A stretch of DNA of 20,000 nt. Source: Chthonomonadaceae bacterium. Lineage in GTDB: Bacteria > Armatimonadota > Chthonomonadetes > Chthonomonadales > Chthonomonadaceae. A program made the translations under genes and the position numbers. Location of the stretch: the NCBI GenBank assembly GCA_035650735.1, contig DASRGZ010000142.1, forward strand, positions 46,148 through 66,147, read 5' to 3'. The notes under the pieces are model-generated. The model ran no database searches. It worked only from the letters and a program-made list of their open reading frames with translations, and was not told the origin of the DNA. How positions within the stretch are numbered: the stretch's first letter is position 1; each line of letters opens with the position of its first letter. Of the stretch, positions 1 through 9,113 are shown one piece after another.

Positions 1-75
1 GAGGAGGACTCGCAGCGTCAACGCGCTCCGGCGGGACGGAGCCAGGGAAGCGGGCAGGATCTCTGCTTCGTTCAT
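1..75 (-). CDS. 5' end of a hypothetical (possibly membrane) protein running off the left edge
   Basis: Manual translation from ATG at 75 gives MNEAEILPASLAPSRRSALTLRVLL, open to the edge; basic residues followed by the start of a hydrophobic stretch. No clear RBS. Confidence 0.4.
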   Translation of the reverse strand, partial: MNEAEILPASLAPSRRSALTLRVLL

Positions 76-300
76 CTTTACAGGCTGTGCCAAGATCGCG
101 TTGCGCCTCCTCAACAGATAGCTTGCGTTTGCAGGCAGCCGTATGCTGCCTACGCAGTGCTTCGCCGGACGGCCTTCCTTTTCCTTGTTTCACTCCCAAT
201 CCTCTCGGCATCCAGATCGGTCGGTAAAGCGGAATTCCCTTTCCTCTTTCTTTATCTATAGTAGAATGAGAATATCAGACCATCCTGCGGAGAGAGCACC

Positions 301-931
301 ATGCCCAGAGTTGCCCCGCCACCCGAAAAAGCGTTTTGCCCCGAACCAACTCCCCATCGCAAGCGCTGGACGCGCGACGAATGCGCTTTTCTGAGCGACA
401 GCGGCCTGCTGGCGGGGCGCTATGAACTCATAGATGGGCAGATCCTTTCCAAAATGGGACAGAAGCCGCCGCACCGCCTGACGGTCGTTCTGCTGCATGC
501 CTGGCTGACCGCCGTGTTTGGGCTGCTGTTCGTGCAAAGCCAGTTGCCGATTGATGTAGGCGACGCCGATCCCGAACACAACGATCCTGCAACCCGATGA
601 GGCTGTCATTGTCGAGCCGACCACCGCCTACACCGACCGTCACCCTTGCCCCGCCGATCTGGTGCTGGTTGCCGAAGTGTCCGACACGACCCTGCGCTTC
701 GACCTCACCACAAAAGCCGTCCTCTACGCCCGCGCGGGCATCCGTGAGTACTGGGTGGTAGATATTGTCGGAAGGCGGATCGACGCGCATCGTCAGCCAG
801 CCACGCAGGGCTATCAGGAGATTCTGGTCTACGAGGAGACGGAACGGCTCTCTCCGCTGGCGCATCCGGAGGCGGCGGTGCGTGTCGCCGGCTTGCTGCC
901 TCCTATGGGGGCCGGATCGGAAGGAGCCTGA
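301..931 (+). pseudogene. Uma2 family (DUF820, PD-(D/E)xK) endonuclease split by a +1 frameshift at ~589-590
   Basis: ORF 301..600 (RYELIDGQI..KM...PPH) and ORF 662..931 (LVAEVSDTTLRFDLTTKAVLYARAGIREYWVVD) are the two halves of a Uma2 protein. Removing one base at 589/590 gives a continuous ...HNDP(E/Q)PDEAVIVEPTTAYTDRHPCPADLVLVAEVS. Confidence 0.88.
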
Positions 932-1039
932 ACCACAGACTAGCCCTGTCGCCGCTGCTTTCTATTCCGATCAGGGGCCGAGACCTGGAACCTTAGCACC
1001 CTGGCAGCCTAACTGCTCCGGCTGCTTTTCTATCCGAAG

Positions 1040-2035
1040 TCAGACGAAAGAGGAAGGCTCTGGCGGCGGGATAGGGCCGCTTTCCGCAGGACGCCGGAAG
1101 TCCGGGGGGACGAAGACTTTGAGTGCATCCCGGGCCACGCGCAGGCGCACGGGCGTCTTGCCGCACAGGTCGCCATCGAGCACGAGTGGGTGCGGCGTTT
1201 CCGTCTCCACGGTAATGTCGTCGGTGAGGAAAGCGCGCAGGCCGGGCGTGTGGAAAAAACGCCCGTGCATGACGTGATAGGTCATCTTCAGGAAGGCCCA
1301 TTTACTTTGCGGGGGAAGGGCATAGAAGGCCAGCTTCCCGCTCTCCAGATCCACGCCCGGTATCGAAAGGGCGCCGCCCATCCAGAGATGCCCGTTGATA
1401 ACGCCCGCCTGCAAGACCCTCAGGCATTCCTGCATCTGCCCGTAGCGCAGGGTGATGCGGATAGCGCGCAGGCGGCGCAGGGCCAGAAAGCCCGCAAGAA
1501 CATAGCCGAACGGCCCGAACCGCTTCTTATAGGTCGGCGAGAGGAAGCGCTGCATCCGCGCGGAGAAGCCGAGGCTGGCCGTAAGGAGGAAATAGCTCTC
1601 ATTGGCCTGGCCCAGATCGATAGGCACGGCGTTCCCGGCGGCGAGAACTTCGCAGGCCGCCTCTACGCTCGGAGCAATACCCAGGTTGCGCGCGAAATCA
1701 TTGACGGTGCCAAGCGGTAGGACGCCCAGCGCCGCATCCGTGTAGGCCAGCACATCGGCAGCGCAGCGGAGCGTGCCATCTCCCCCTCCGACCACTATCA
1801 GCTTCGCCCCCTCGGCGAGGCTTTGTCGCACGAGATCGGGCAGACGAGAAGGATCGGTGAGGGAGTAGGCAGGGCGGAGGGTGAACCCCTGAGCGCGCAG
1901 GCACGCCTGCGCCCGCGCAAACCACTCCTGGCCGCGCCGCGCGCGCGTATTGACAATCAGCGCCGCTTCCCGTGACGCACGCGCATGCTCCCCTGCGGGA
2001 GCGGGCACTGTCGTCTGTTCCCCAGCTTCGGACAT
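1040..2035 (-). CDS. Diacylglycerol/lipid kinase family protein (YegS/Rv2252/BmrU)
   Basis: Motifs LIVNTRA, VGGGDGTL, LPLGTVNDFARNLG, IDLG, LDGD. Start placed at ATG 2035 (MSEAGEQ); the upstream extension in the ORF track looks non-coding. Confidence 0.92.
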   Translation of the reverse strand: MSEAGEQTTVPAPAGEHARASREAALIVNTRARRGQEWFARAQACLRAQGFTLRPAYSLTDPSRLPDLVRQSLAEGAKLIVVGGGDGTLRCAADVLAYTDAALGVLPLGTVNDFARNLGIAPSVEAACEVLAAGNAVPIDLGQANESYFLLTASLGFSARMQRFLSPTYKKRFGPFGYVLAGFLALRRLRAIRITLRYGQMQECLRVLQAGVINGHLWMGGALSIPGVDLESGKLAFYALPPQSKWAFLKMTYHVMHGRFFHTPGLRAFLTDDITVETETPHPLVLDGDLCGKTPVRLRVARDALKVFVPPDFRRPAESGPIPPPEPSSFV

Positions 2036-2246
2036 CCTTGTTTCCCTATGCCCAGTTGGGCCAGGTCCTCCTGTTGGTGCGCCCTTAAGCCCGAAGGAGA
2101 GGGAACAGGCCGCAAGGGACGCCAACATGCCGGACATCATCCAGAGACGTTTTTAGTTGGATTTAGGGTACACTGAAACGCAGAATTATCAAACCAGAGT
2201 ACGATACAATTCTCAATATCGTAACCCGCTATGGAGGCAGACAGGG

Positions 2247-3269
2247 ATGATTGTGGTTATGGCGCCGCACGCCACGGAAGAGCAGATCAAGGACGTTGAG
2301 CGGCGTATTGTAGATTGGGGCTATGGGGTGCATCCCATCTATGGGGCCGAGCGCACCGTCATCGGCGCCGTCGGCGTGCCGGAGGCCGACAAAGCCCGCT
2401 ACATGGAGTCGCTGGAGGCGCTGCCCTATGTGGAGCGGGTCATCGCCATCCTGCGGCCCTACAAGTTCGCCAGCCGCGAGTTTCACCCGGAAGGGACGGT
2501 GATTGATGTCAAGGGCGTGCCGGTTGGCGGCAACCAGATCGCCCTGATGGCCGGACCCTGTACCGTCGAGACCTACGAGCAGACCTGGGAGTCGGCGCAG
2601 GCATGTCGGGAGGCGGGCGCGACGATTCTGCGCGGCGGTGCCTACAAACCCAGCACCTCGCCCTATTCCTTCCAGGGGCACGGCGAGGAAGGCTTAAAAA
2701 TCCTGCGTGACATCGCCGATAAGCTGGGCATGCGCGTCATCACCGAGGTGATGGACCCGCGCAACGTCGAGCTTGTCAGCCAATACGCCGATATCCTCCA
2801 GATCGGCACGCGCAACATGCAGAACTACGACCTGCTGCGCGAGGTCGGCAAGGCGAAAACGCCAGTGATGATCAAGCGGGGCATGTGGGCCAAGATCGAG
2901 GAGTGGCTGCAAGCGGCGGAGTACGTGCTGCTGGGCGGCAACAAAGACGTGATGCTCTGTGAGCGCGGCATCCGCACCTTCGAGACCTACACGCGCAATA
3001 CGCTCGACCTCTCCGCCGTCCCGGCGGTCAAGGAGCTCTCTCACCTGCCGGTGATCGTGGACCCCAGCCAGGGAACGGGCAAGCGCAGCCTGGTGACGGC
3101 GATGACGAAGGCGGCGGTGGCGGTCGGGGCCGACGGCCTGCTGATCGAGGTGCATCCCCATCCGGACAAGGCGCTCAAGGATGGAGCGCAATCGCTGACC
3201 TGTGCGCACTTCGGGCAACTGGTTGCCGAGCTTCGGCCCATTGCGCAGGCCATCGGGCGCACGCTCTAG
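2247..3269 (+). CDS. aroF: 3-deoxy-7-phosphoheptulonate (DAHP) synthase, type I-beta with N-terminal ACT-like regulatory domain; atypical active site
   Basis: MIVVM start with GGAGG at 2233-2237; [66 protein letters not shown]. Confidence 0.92.
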   Translation: MIVVMAPHATEEQIKDVERRIVDWGYGVHPIYGAERTVIGAVGVPEADKARYMESLEALPYVERVIAILRPYKFASREFHPEGTVIDVKGVPVGGNQIALMAGPCTVETYEQTWESAQACREAGATILRGGAYKPSTSPYSFQGHGEEGLKILRDIADKLGMRVITEVMDPRNVELVSQYADILQIGTRNMQNYDLLREVGKAKTPVMIKRGMWAKIEEWLQAAEYVLLGGNKDVMLCERGIRTFETYTRNTLDLSAVPAVKELSHLPVIVDPSQGTGKRSLVTAMTKAAVAVGADGLLIEVHPHPDKALKDGAQSLTCAHFGQLVAELRPIAQAIGRTL

Positions 3270-3285
3270 CGATTCCATATTCGCA

Positions 3286-3323
3286 AGGAGAAGGGGTAGG
3301 GGGTGAGGGCTTGCCCCCAACCC
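3286..3323. repeat. Partial copy of the GC-rich REP-like intergenic repeat
   Basis: AGGAGAAGGGGTAGGGGGTGAGGG resembles the reverse complement of the CCCTCACCCCC..CCCC motif at 5949 and 6056. Confidence 0.5.
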
Positions 3324-3355
3324 ACTCAGGCTAGAGGATGACTGAAGGCAACGCG

Positions 3356-3886
3356 ATGACGGAGCCTCCCTTGCAAATCCGGTTATTAGCCGGGGCGGAT
3401 ATCGCGCCAATGGTTGCCGCGTTCCAGGCCATTGGCTGGGACATGCCCGCTGCGAAGTATCAGCGCTATCTGGCTGAGCAGAAGGCAGGGAAGCGCACGG
3501 TGTTGGTGGCCTTTCTGGAGGAAGCGTTCGCCGGATACCTAACCGTCGTCTGGCAGCCGGATTATCCCCCTCTTAAGGCCGAAGGCATCCCTGAAATCCA
3601 GGACTTCAACGTGCTGCCGCAATGCCGCCGGCGCGGCATCGGGACCCGCCTGATGGATGCGGCGGAAGCACTGGTGGCGGAGCGTTCGCCCGTGGTCGGC
3701 ATTGGCGTCGGCCTCTATGCCGATTATGGCTCGGCGCAGCGTCTCTATGTGCAGCGCGGCTATATCCCGGATGGCCGAGGCATCACGTATGAGGATCGCT
3801 TCGTCACGCCCGGAGAGATGGTTCGGGTGGACGATGGGTTGCTCCTCCATTTTACCAAAACGTTACGGCGTCCGCCGACTCCCTGA
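3356..3886 (+). CDS. GNAT family N-acetyltransferase
   Basis: PEIQDFNVLPQCRRRGIGTRLMDAAE (acetyl-CoA binding motif A) and GSAQRLYVQRGY (motif B). Start 3356, alternative 3338. Confidence 0.92.
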   Translation: MTEPPLQIRLLAGADIAPMVAAFQAIGWDMPAAKYQRYLAEQKAGKRTVLVAFLEEAFAGYLTVVWQPDYPPLKAEGIPEIQDFNVLPQCRRRGIGTRLMDAAEALVAERSPVVGIGVGLYADYGSAQRLYVQRGYIPDGRGITYEDRFVTPGEMVRVDDGLLLHFTKTLRRPPTP

Positions 3887-3930
3887 GCGCCCGCGCCGGT
3901 TTGTCCTTTCCTCACTCTCTCCCACGCAAA

Positions 3931-3949
3931 ACGACGGTTTCCCCGTCGT
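3931..3949. terminator. Perfect 7-bp hairpin downstream of the GNAT gene (possible terminator)
   Basis: ACGACGG-TTTCC-CCGTCGT flanked by A runs; the short U-tract falls on the minus strand, so direction is uncertain. Confidence 0.3.
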
Positions 3950-4092
3950 AAACCCGGCAAATTACCAGCAGATTTCCCCCTCTATTTGGGCAAAAATGAG
4001 ATACCGTAACCTGCACGGGCGCGGCAGGCACGCTGTCCTGCCCGAATGCTGTTGCGCCCATCTCTTTGCTCTGCGCTGGAGGGAGAACCGCC

Positions 4093-5937
4093 GTGTTGCT
4101 GACATCGCCCGCACTACTTACCGCACTTCTCCTGGGAGGCGCGGGGGTTGGCCTTACCTGGCGCCAGGCCTTGCGGCGCGCGCTGCGGCGCCAGGCGGCG
4201 GAATGGGAAGCGCGTCTGGCGGCGGAACGCAGAGCGGGGCAGAGCCTCTGTTTTGCCGTTCTGGAAAGCCTGGCCTGCGCCATCGAAGCCACCCACTCCT
4301 ACGACGTTGACCACCTCCCCTGCGTCGTGGCCTATGTGGCTGCCATGGCGCGAGAGCTGGCCCTGCCGGAGGAGGAGACGTCAGCGCTGCGCGCCGCGGC
4401 CCTGCTTCATAACATCGGGCGGCTGGGCGTGCCGGAGCATATCCTGCATAAACCGGAGCCGCTGGCCCCAGAAGAGCAGGAGAAACTGCGCTCCCATCCC
4501 CTGCTGGCGGCGCAACTGCTAGAAGCCATTCCCTTCCCCTGGTCGGTCGTCTCCCTGGTGCGTCACTATACGGAGCATTGGGACGGCACCGGCTACCCGG
4601 ACGGACTGGCGGGCCAGGCCATTCCGTTCGGTGCGCGCCTGCTGGCCGTCGCCGCCGCCTATAGCGCGCTGCAGCATGCGCGCCCGTTTCGCGCCGCCCT
4701 CCCGTCCGAGGAGGCGATGGAGGCGATCTCGGCGCGTGCGGGAACGCAGTTCGACCCGGAGGTCGTGGCCTTGTTCCGCAGGGTGATCGCACAGATGAGG
4801 GCCGGTCTTGCGGCGACAGGGGCGCAGGGCGGGAAGACGCCGCTGCCGGCGTCGGCGCTCCTGGGGCCCCTGGCCAGGCCCGGGGCGCGCGCCACCCTCG
4901 ACATCATGGCTGCCACACAGCGCGAAACCATCGGCCTGTTCACTCTCTCCCAGGCGGTCACGGACTCGCTGCACCTGGAGGTAGTCGGCAACACGCTGCT
5001 GCATAGCGTCTGCACCCTCGTGCCCTGCGCCGCGTGCGTCCTCTTCCTGGCCGAGGACGATGGGGAGTTCCTGCGTGCCCAGGCCGCCATCGGCGCCAAT
5101 GCGCGCCATCTGCTCGGCAGCCTGGCCCGCGTCGGCACCTACCTGACGGGCCGCGCCTTCTCGCGCGGTGAGGTCACGCGCGCCTCGTTCCTGGCCCACG
5201 ACCTGATCCTGCGCGATGTCAGCGACGTTTGGATACCCTTCCGCTCCACGCTGATCGTGCCGCTAATAGCCGACGGGCAGCCGCTAGGCACGCTCAATCT
5301 GTATGCGGAAGAGCCGGAAGCCTTCGGGACGGATGCCCTGCGGGTGATGCGCCGGATCGCCGCGCAGGCCGGCCATGTACTGGAGAATGCCCGCCGCTTC
5401 GCCGCCGTGCAGGAGACGGCCTATACCGACGCCCTGACCGGCTTGCGCAACGCCCGCTACCTGCGCGAGTTCCTGGAGGGCGAGCTTAACCGCTCGCGCC
5501 GGGAGAACACGCCGCTGGCCGTCCTCAATATTGACCTGGATAACTTCAAGCCCATCAACGACACCTACGGCCACGCGCGCGGCGACCAGACGCTGCGCGA
5601 GATCGCCCATATCCTGCATACCCACATCCGCAACTACGACCTGGCGGCGCGCTATGCCGGCGATGAGTTTGTCGTCGTGCTCTCGCGCACCGGGCGCATT
5701 CCTGCCGAGGCGGTCGCCGCCAAGCTGAAGCAGGCTGTCCAGAGGCACTGCGAGGCGCTTATCGCCAGCGATCCCAACTTCCCGCCGCTCGGCATCAGCA
5801 TTGGCATCGCTCTCTTCCCGGAGGACTCCGAGGACCAGCAAGGCCTGCTTTGCCGTTCGGACGCCGCTATGTACCTGGACAAGCAGCAGCGCCGCGCCCA
5901 ACGCGCTGCCTCCGGCGATGGCCTCCAGGCCGCCTGA
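4093..5937 (+). CDS. Membrane-anchored diguanylate cyclase: N-terminal TM, degenerate HD-GYP, GAF and GGDEF (AGDEF) domains
   Basis: GTG 4093 with GGAGGGAG RBS; hydrophobic N-terminus; LLHNIG...EHWDGTGYP; GAF (STLIVPL..GTLNL); TDALTGLRN, DLDNFKPINDTYGHARGD, RNYDLAARYAGDEF, SIGIA, SDAAMY. Confidence 0.92.
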   Translation: MLLTSPALLTALLLGGAGVGLTWRQALRRALRRQAAEWEARLAAERRAGQSLCFAVLESLACAIEATHSYDVDHLPCVVAYVAAMARELALPEEETSALRAAALLHNIGRLGVPEHILHKPEPLAPEEQEKLRSHPLLAAQLLEAIPFPWSVVSLVRHYTEHWDGTGYPDGLAGQAIPFGARLLAVAAAYSALQHARPFRAALPSEEAMEAISARAGTQFDPEVVALFRRVIAQMRAGLAATGAQGGKTPLPASALLGPLARPGARATLDIMAATQRETIGLFTLSQAVTDSLHLEVVGNTLLHSVCTLVPCAACVLFLAEDDGEFLRAQAAIGANARHLLGSLARVGTYLTGRAFSRGEVTRASFLAHDLILRDVSDVWIPFRSTLIVPLIADGQPLGTLNLYAEEPEAFGTDALRVMRRIAAQAGHVLENARRFAAVQETAYTDALTGLRNARYLREFLEGELNRSRRENTPLAVLNIDLDNFKPINDTYGHARGDQTLREIAHILHTHIRNYDLAARYAGDEFVVVLSRTGRIPAEAVAAKLKQAVQRHCEALIASDPNFPPLGISIGIALFPEDSEDQQGLLCRSDAAMYLDKQQRRAQRAASGDGLQAA

Positions 5938-5967
5938 ATCCCCAGAGGCCCTCACCCCCGGCCCCTT

Positions 5968-6051
5968 GTGTAGGGTGTAGGGTGTAGGGTGTAGGGGGTA
6001 GGGGGTAGGGTGTAGGGGATAGGGGGTAGGGTGTAGGGGATAGGGGGTAGA
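5968..6051 (+). repeat. Heptamer tandem array, 12 units of GTGTAGG / GGGTAGG / GGATAGG
   Basis: Read directly: 4x GTGTAGG, 2x GGGTAGG, GTGTAGG, GGATAGG, GGGTAGG, GTGTAGG, GGATAGG, GGGTAGA. Confidence 0.95.
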
Positions 6052-6203
6052 GTCGCCCTCACCCCCTTCCCCCCCTCCCTCCAAGGGAGAGGGGAGAGCA
6101 GAAGCCGGGTCCCTCCCTTCCCTCGTAGGGTCGCAAGGTGTCGCAAGGCGGAGGCGCGAACCGTTGTAGCGCTGACCCTTGCAGTGGGGGCCGGGGGGGT
6201 AGG
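6052..6203. repeat. Composite REP/MITE-like palindromic repeat, copy A
   Basis: 6090-6123 closely matches the reverse complement of the core at ~15484 and ~18295; 6130-6155 is identical to 18361-18386; 6157-6185 matches 18421-18448. Confidence 0.85.
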
Positions 6204-6228
6204 TGTAATCTGTAGATCTCCTCGCCGC

Positions 6229-6257
6229 TTGACAGGGACGGCGGCGCGTGCGATAAT
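6229..6257 (+). promoter_or_regulatory. Sigma70-type promoter of the GH2 gene
   Basis: TTGACA (6229-6234), 17-nt spacer, extended -10 TGc-GATAAT (6252-6257); RBS GAGGAGG at 6291-6297. Confidence 0.8.
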
Positions 6258-6304
6258 ACCCCGCCTGAGCGCGTCAAAATTCCCGCTCATGAGGAGGTTT
6301 CTCT

Positions 6305-8137
6305 GTGATACCCGTCCGTCGCATTGCGCCGCTGGCGTGCCTGCTGTTCCTGCTCGGCAGTACGGCGGTTCGCGCTGCCGAGGCCGATTGGAAGCCCGCG
6401 CCCGCGCCCCTGATGACCCGCTGGGCCGCCGATGTCTCCCCCGAAAGGGCCAGGCCCGAATACCCCCGTCCCAATGCCGTCCGCAAGGAGTGGTTGAACC
6501 TGAACGGCCTGTGGCAATTCGCCTTTGATGATCAGAACGCGGGCCGCGCCGCCAACTGGTCATCTGGGCACCAACTGCCGCAGCGCATTCTGGTTCCCTG
6601 GACGTTCGAGGCGGCTCTCTCCGGCATCGGCAAGGGCAAGGAGGTTCATGAGCGCGTCTGGTATCGGCGCACCTTTGACGTGCCGGGCCGCTGGCAGGGG
6701 AAGCATGTCCTGCTCCACTTCGGCGCGGTGGACTGGGAGAGCACGGTCTGGGTCAACGGCAAGGAGATGGGTACGCATCGAGGCGGCTATGCCCCCTTCA
6801 CCTACGACATCACAAGCGCCTTGAAGGCGCACGGCCCGCAGGAGCTTGTCGTCGCCGTCTACGACCCCGCCGACCCGAAGAAAGGCGCCTATCAGCCCAA
6901 AGGCAAGCAGCTCGGCAGCGAGGGCATCTGGTACACGCGCACGACCGGCATCTGGCAGACGGTCTGGCTGGAGCCGGTCAGCCCGGTCCATATCGCCTCG
7001 TTCTCCCTAGAGCCGTCGCTGCTTCACGATAACCGGGACGGCGCGCTGCTGGTCAGCGCGAATATCGCCGGGGTGGAAAAAGCCCCGATCACTCTAGAGG
7101 CCGCGCTAACGCGCCAGGGCCGCAGAGTAAGCTGGGGACGCGCATTCGGCTCCCAGCCCAATCCGAGCCTCCACTTTAGCCTTCCGACTCCTGCTCTTTG
7201 GACCCCCGAAACGCCCAACCTTTACGACGTGACGCTGACTCTGAAGCAGGGCGGGCACGTCCTGGACGTTATCCAGTCCTACTGCGCGTTCCGCGCCGTC
7301 GGCATTGCCAACGGGCGCATCACCCTCAACGGCAAGCCCTACTTCCTGCGCGGCGTGCTGGATCAGGGCTTCTGGCCGGACGGCGTCTATACCGCGCCCA
7401 CCGACGCCGCCATTCGCAACGACGTCCTGATGACAAAAGCGTTCGGCTTGAACACGGCCCGCAAGCACGTCAAGGTGGAGGACCCGCGCTGGTACTACTG
7501 GTGTGACCGGCTGGGCCTGCTCGTCGCGCAGGACATGCCAAGCAGCCATAACCTCTCCACCGACGAGGCCAAGCAGAACTTCGTGCAGGAGTGGAAGGAG
7601 ATCCTGGCGGCGGTGCGCGCCCATCCTTGCGTGATCCTCTGGATCACCTTTAACGAGAACTGGGGCGATCCGAAGGAGTTCCAGGATACGGTGGTCGAGT
7701 TGACGCGCGCCGCCGATCCGACGCGCCCCATCATTGATGCCTCCGGCTGGAACCAGCGCGACAAGACCGACATCACCGACATTCACGACTACGGCAACGA
7801 CCTGCGCCGGCATTGCACCCCGAACCCGCCGCGCCCGCGCTGGATCGGGGAGTACGGCGGCGTGGCCCTGCCGGTTCCGGGGCATACCTGGGTGCAAGGC
7901 TGGGGCTATCAGACCGTCCACACGCCCGCAGAACTGGTGGAAAAGTACCGCTTCCTGACCGATCAGATCAATAACGGACCGGGCCTGTCCGGCTACATCT
8001 ATACGCAGCTGACCGACGTGGAGCAGGAACTGAACGGCCTGATGACCTACGACCGTCTTCCCAAGGCCCCGCCGAAGGCGTTCGCCGCCATCAACGCCGG
8101 CACCCGGAAGGCAGTGGCGGCGCAGGAGAAGCGGTAG
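6305..8137 (+). CDS. Secreted glycoside hydrolase family 2 (beta-galactosidase/beta-glucuronidase-like)
   Basis: Signal peptide ending AVRA; WLNLNGLWQF, LHFGAVDW, GIWQTVWLE, LDQGFWPDG, RKHVKVE, acid/base WITFNENWG, nucleophile IGEYGG, YTQLTDVEQELNGL. Confidence 0.93.
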   Translation: MIPVRRIAPLACLLFLLGSTAVRAAEADWKPAPAPLMTRWAADVSPERARPEYPRPNAVRKEWLNLNGLWQFAFDDQNAGRAANWSSGHQLPQRILVPWTFEAALSGIGKGKEVHERVWYRRTFDVPGRWQGKHVLLHFGAVDWESTVWVNGKEMGTHRGGYAPFTYDITSALKAHGPQELVVAVYDPADPKKGAYQPKGKQLGSEGIWYTRTTGIWQTVWLEPVSPVHIASFSLEPSLLHDNRDGALLVSANIAGVEKAPITLEAALTRQGRRVSWGRAFGSQPNPSLHFSLPTPALWTPETPNLYDVTLTLKQGGHVLDVIQSYCAFRAVGIANGRITLNGKPYFLRGVLDQGFWPDGVYTAPTDAAIRNDVLMTKAFGLNTARKHVKVEDPRWYYWCDRLGLLVAQDMPSSHNLSTDEAKQNFVQEWKEILAAVRAHPCVILWITFNENWGDPKEFQDTVVELTRAADPTRPIIDASGWNQRDKTDITDIHDYGNDLRRHCTPNPPRPRWIGEYGGVALPVPGHTWVQGWGYQTVHTPAELVEKYRFLTDQINNGPGLSGYIYTQLTDVEQELNGLMTYDRLPKAPPKAFAAINAGTRKAVAAQEKR

Positions 8138-8142
8138 CGGCG

Positions 8143-9072
8143 ATGGCGCGGCCCTCCTTTGGCTGGAACCGCTGCGATTGCGCGCATAATCCGATCAACC
8201 TGCCGGTCACGCTCTCCAGCGGGCAGAGCTTTCGCTGGCGGCGGGACGCGGAAGGTATCTGGTGGGGCGTTGTCGGGAGGAGCGTCGTCGCGGCGCGGCA
8301 GGAGGAGGGCCGACCAGACAGCCCGCTCTACTGGCAGACTTTCCCGGAGCCGGGTCGCCAGGACATCATAGCCGATTACTTCCGGCTCGACGTGGAGGTG
8401 ACGGCGCTCTACGCGGAGTGGATCGCGATGGAGCCGCGCATCCTGCCGGCGATTGCCGCCTTTCGTGGGCTGCGGGTGCTGCGCCAACCGCCGGTGGAAT
8501 GCTTTTTCGCCTTTCAATGCGCCGCCTGCAACACGGTGGTCAAGATCGAGCGCAGCGTCCGCCGACTTGCCGAGCGCTATGGCGAGCCGATAGAGACCGG
8601 GCTGGCCGACGCTCCGTTCGACTTCTTCGCCTTCCCGACTCTGGAAGCTCTGGCCAATGCGGACGAGGCGGCCCTGCGCGCCGATCTCTGGGGCTACCGC
8701 GCGCCCCGCGTGATCGCGCTGGCCCGCCACCTGCTCCAGTTACCGCCCGGCTGGCTGGAGTCGCTGCGCCAGGCGCCCTATGTCCAGGCGAAAGCGGAGC
8801 TGATGGGGCTGTTCGGGGTGGGGGCGAAGCTGGCAGACTGCATCTGCCTGTTTGCGCTGGATAAGGACGAGGCCGTGCCGGTGGATACGCACGTCCGCCA
8901 GATCGCCTGCCGCCTGTTCCTGCCGGAGTTGTCCGGCAAGACGCTGACGCCGCGCGTCTATGAGGCCATCGCCGACGCCTTTCGCGCCCGCTTCGGCGCG
9001 TATGCGGGCTGGGCGCAGCAGTACCTTTACTTCGGCCAGCTTCACCGCGTCCGGGACTTCCTCCGCGAATAG
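8143..9072 (+). CDS. ogg: 8-oxoguanine DNA glycosylase/AP lyase (OGG1-like, HhH-GPD)
   Basis: N-terminal TLSSGQSFRW (OGG_N), GLRVLRQ, FPTLEAL, GYRA, HhH GVGAKLADC with catalytic Lys, VPVDTHV with catalytic Asp, C-terminal YAGWAQQYL. Confidence 0.92.
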   Translation: MARPSFGWNRCDCAHNPINLPVTLSSGQSFRWRRDAEGIWWGVVGRSVVAARQEEGRPDSPLYWQTFPEPGRQDIIADYFRLDVEVTALYAEWIAMEPRILPAIAAFRGLRVLRQPPVECFFAFQCAACNTVVKIERSVRRLAERYGEPIETGLADAPFDFFAFPTLEALANADEAALRADLWGYRAPRVIALARHLLQLPPGWLESLRQAPYVQAKAELMGLFGVGAKLADCICLFALDKDEAVPVDTHVRQIACRLFLPELSGKTLTPRVYEAIADAFRARFGAYAGWAQQYLYFGQLHRVRDFLRE

Positions 9073-9113
9073 ACCGCGTCGCATGGCTGCCTCGATCTAC
9101 TTCTTTTCGAGGT

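Noticed and set aside
133..151. 7-bp hairpin AGGCAGC/GCTGCCT in the first intergenic region
   Set aside because: No U tract or recurrence; could arise by chance at this GC content.
3920..3965. c-di-GMP-I riboswitch upstream of the diguanylate cyclase (ACGCAAAAC and GGCAAA words)
   Set aside because: The motifs are in the wrong order and the GNRA tetraloop/receptor stems are absent on the plus strand.
5284..6563. Minus-strand ORFs with PYPLHPT/PYTLHPT peptide repeats
   Set aside because: Translation artefacts of the heptamer array, antisense to real genes.
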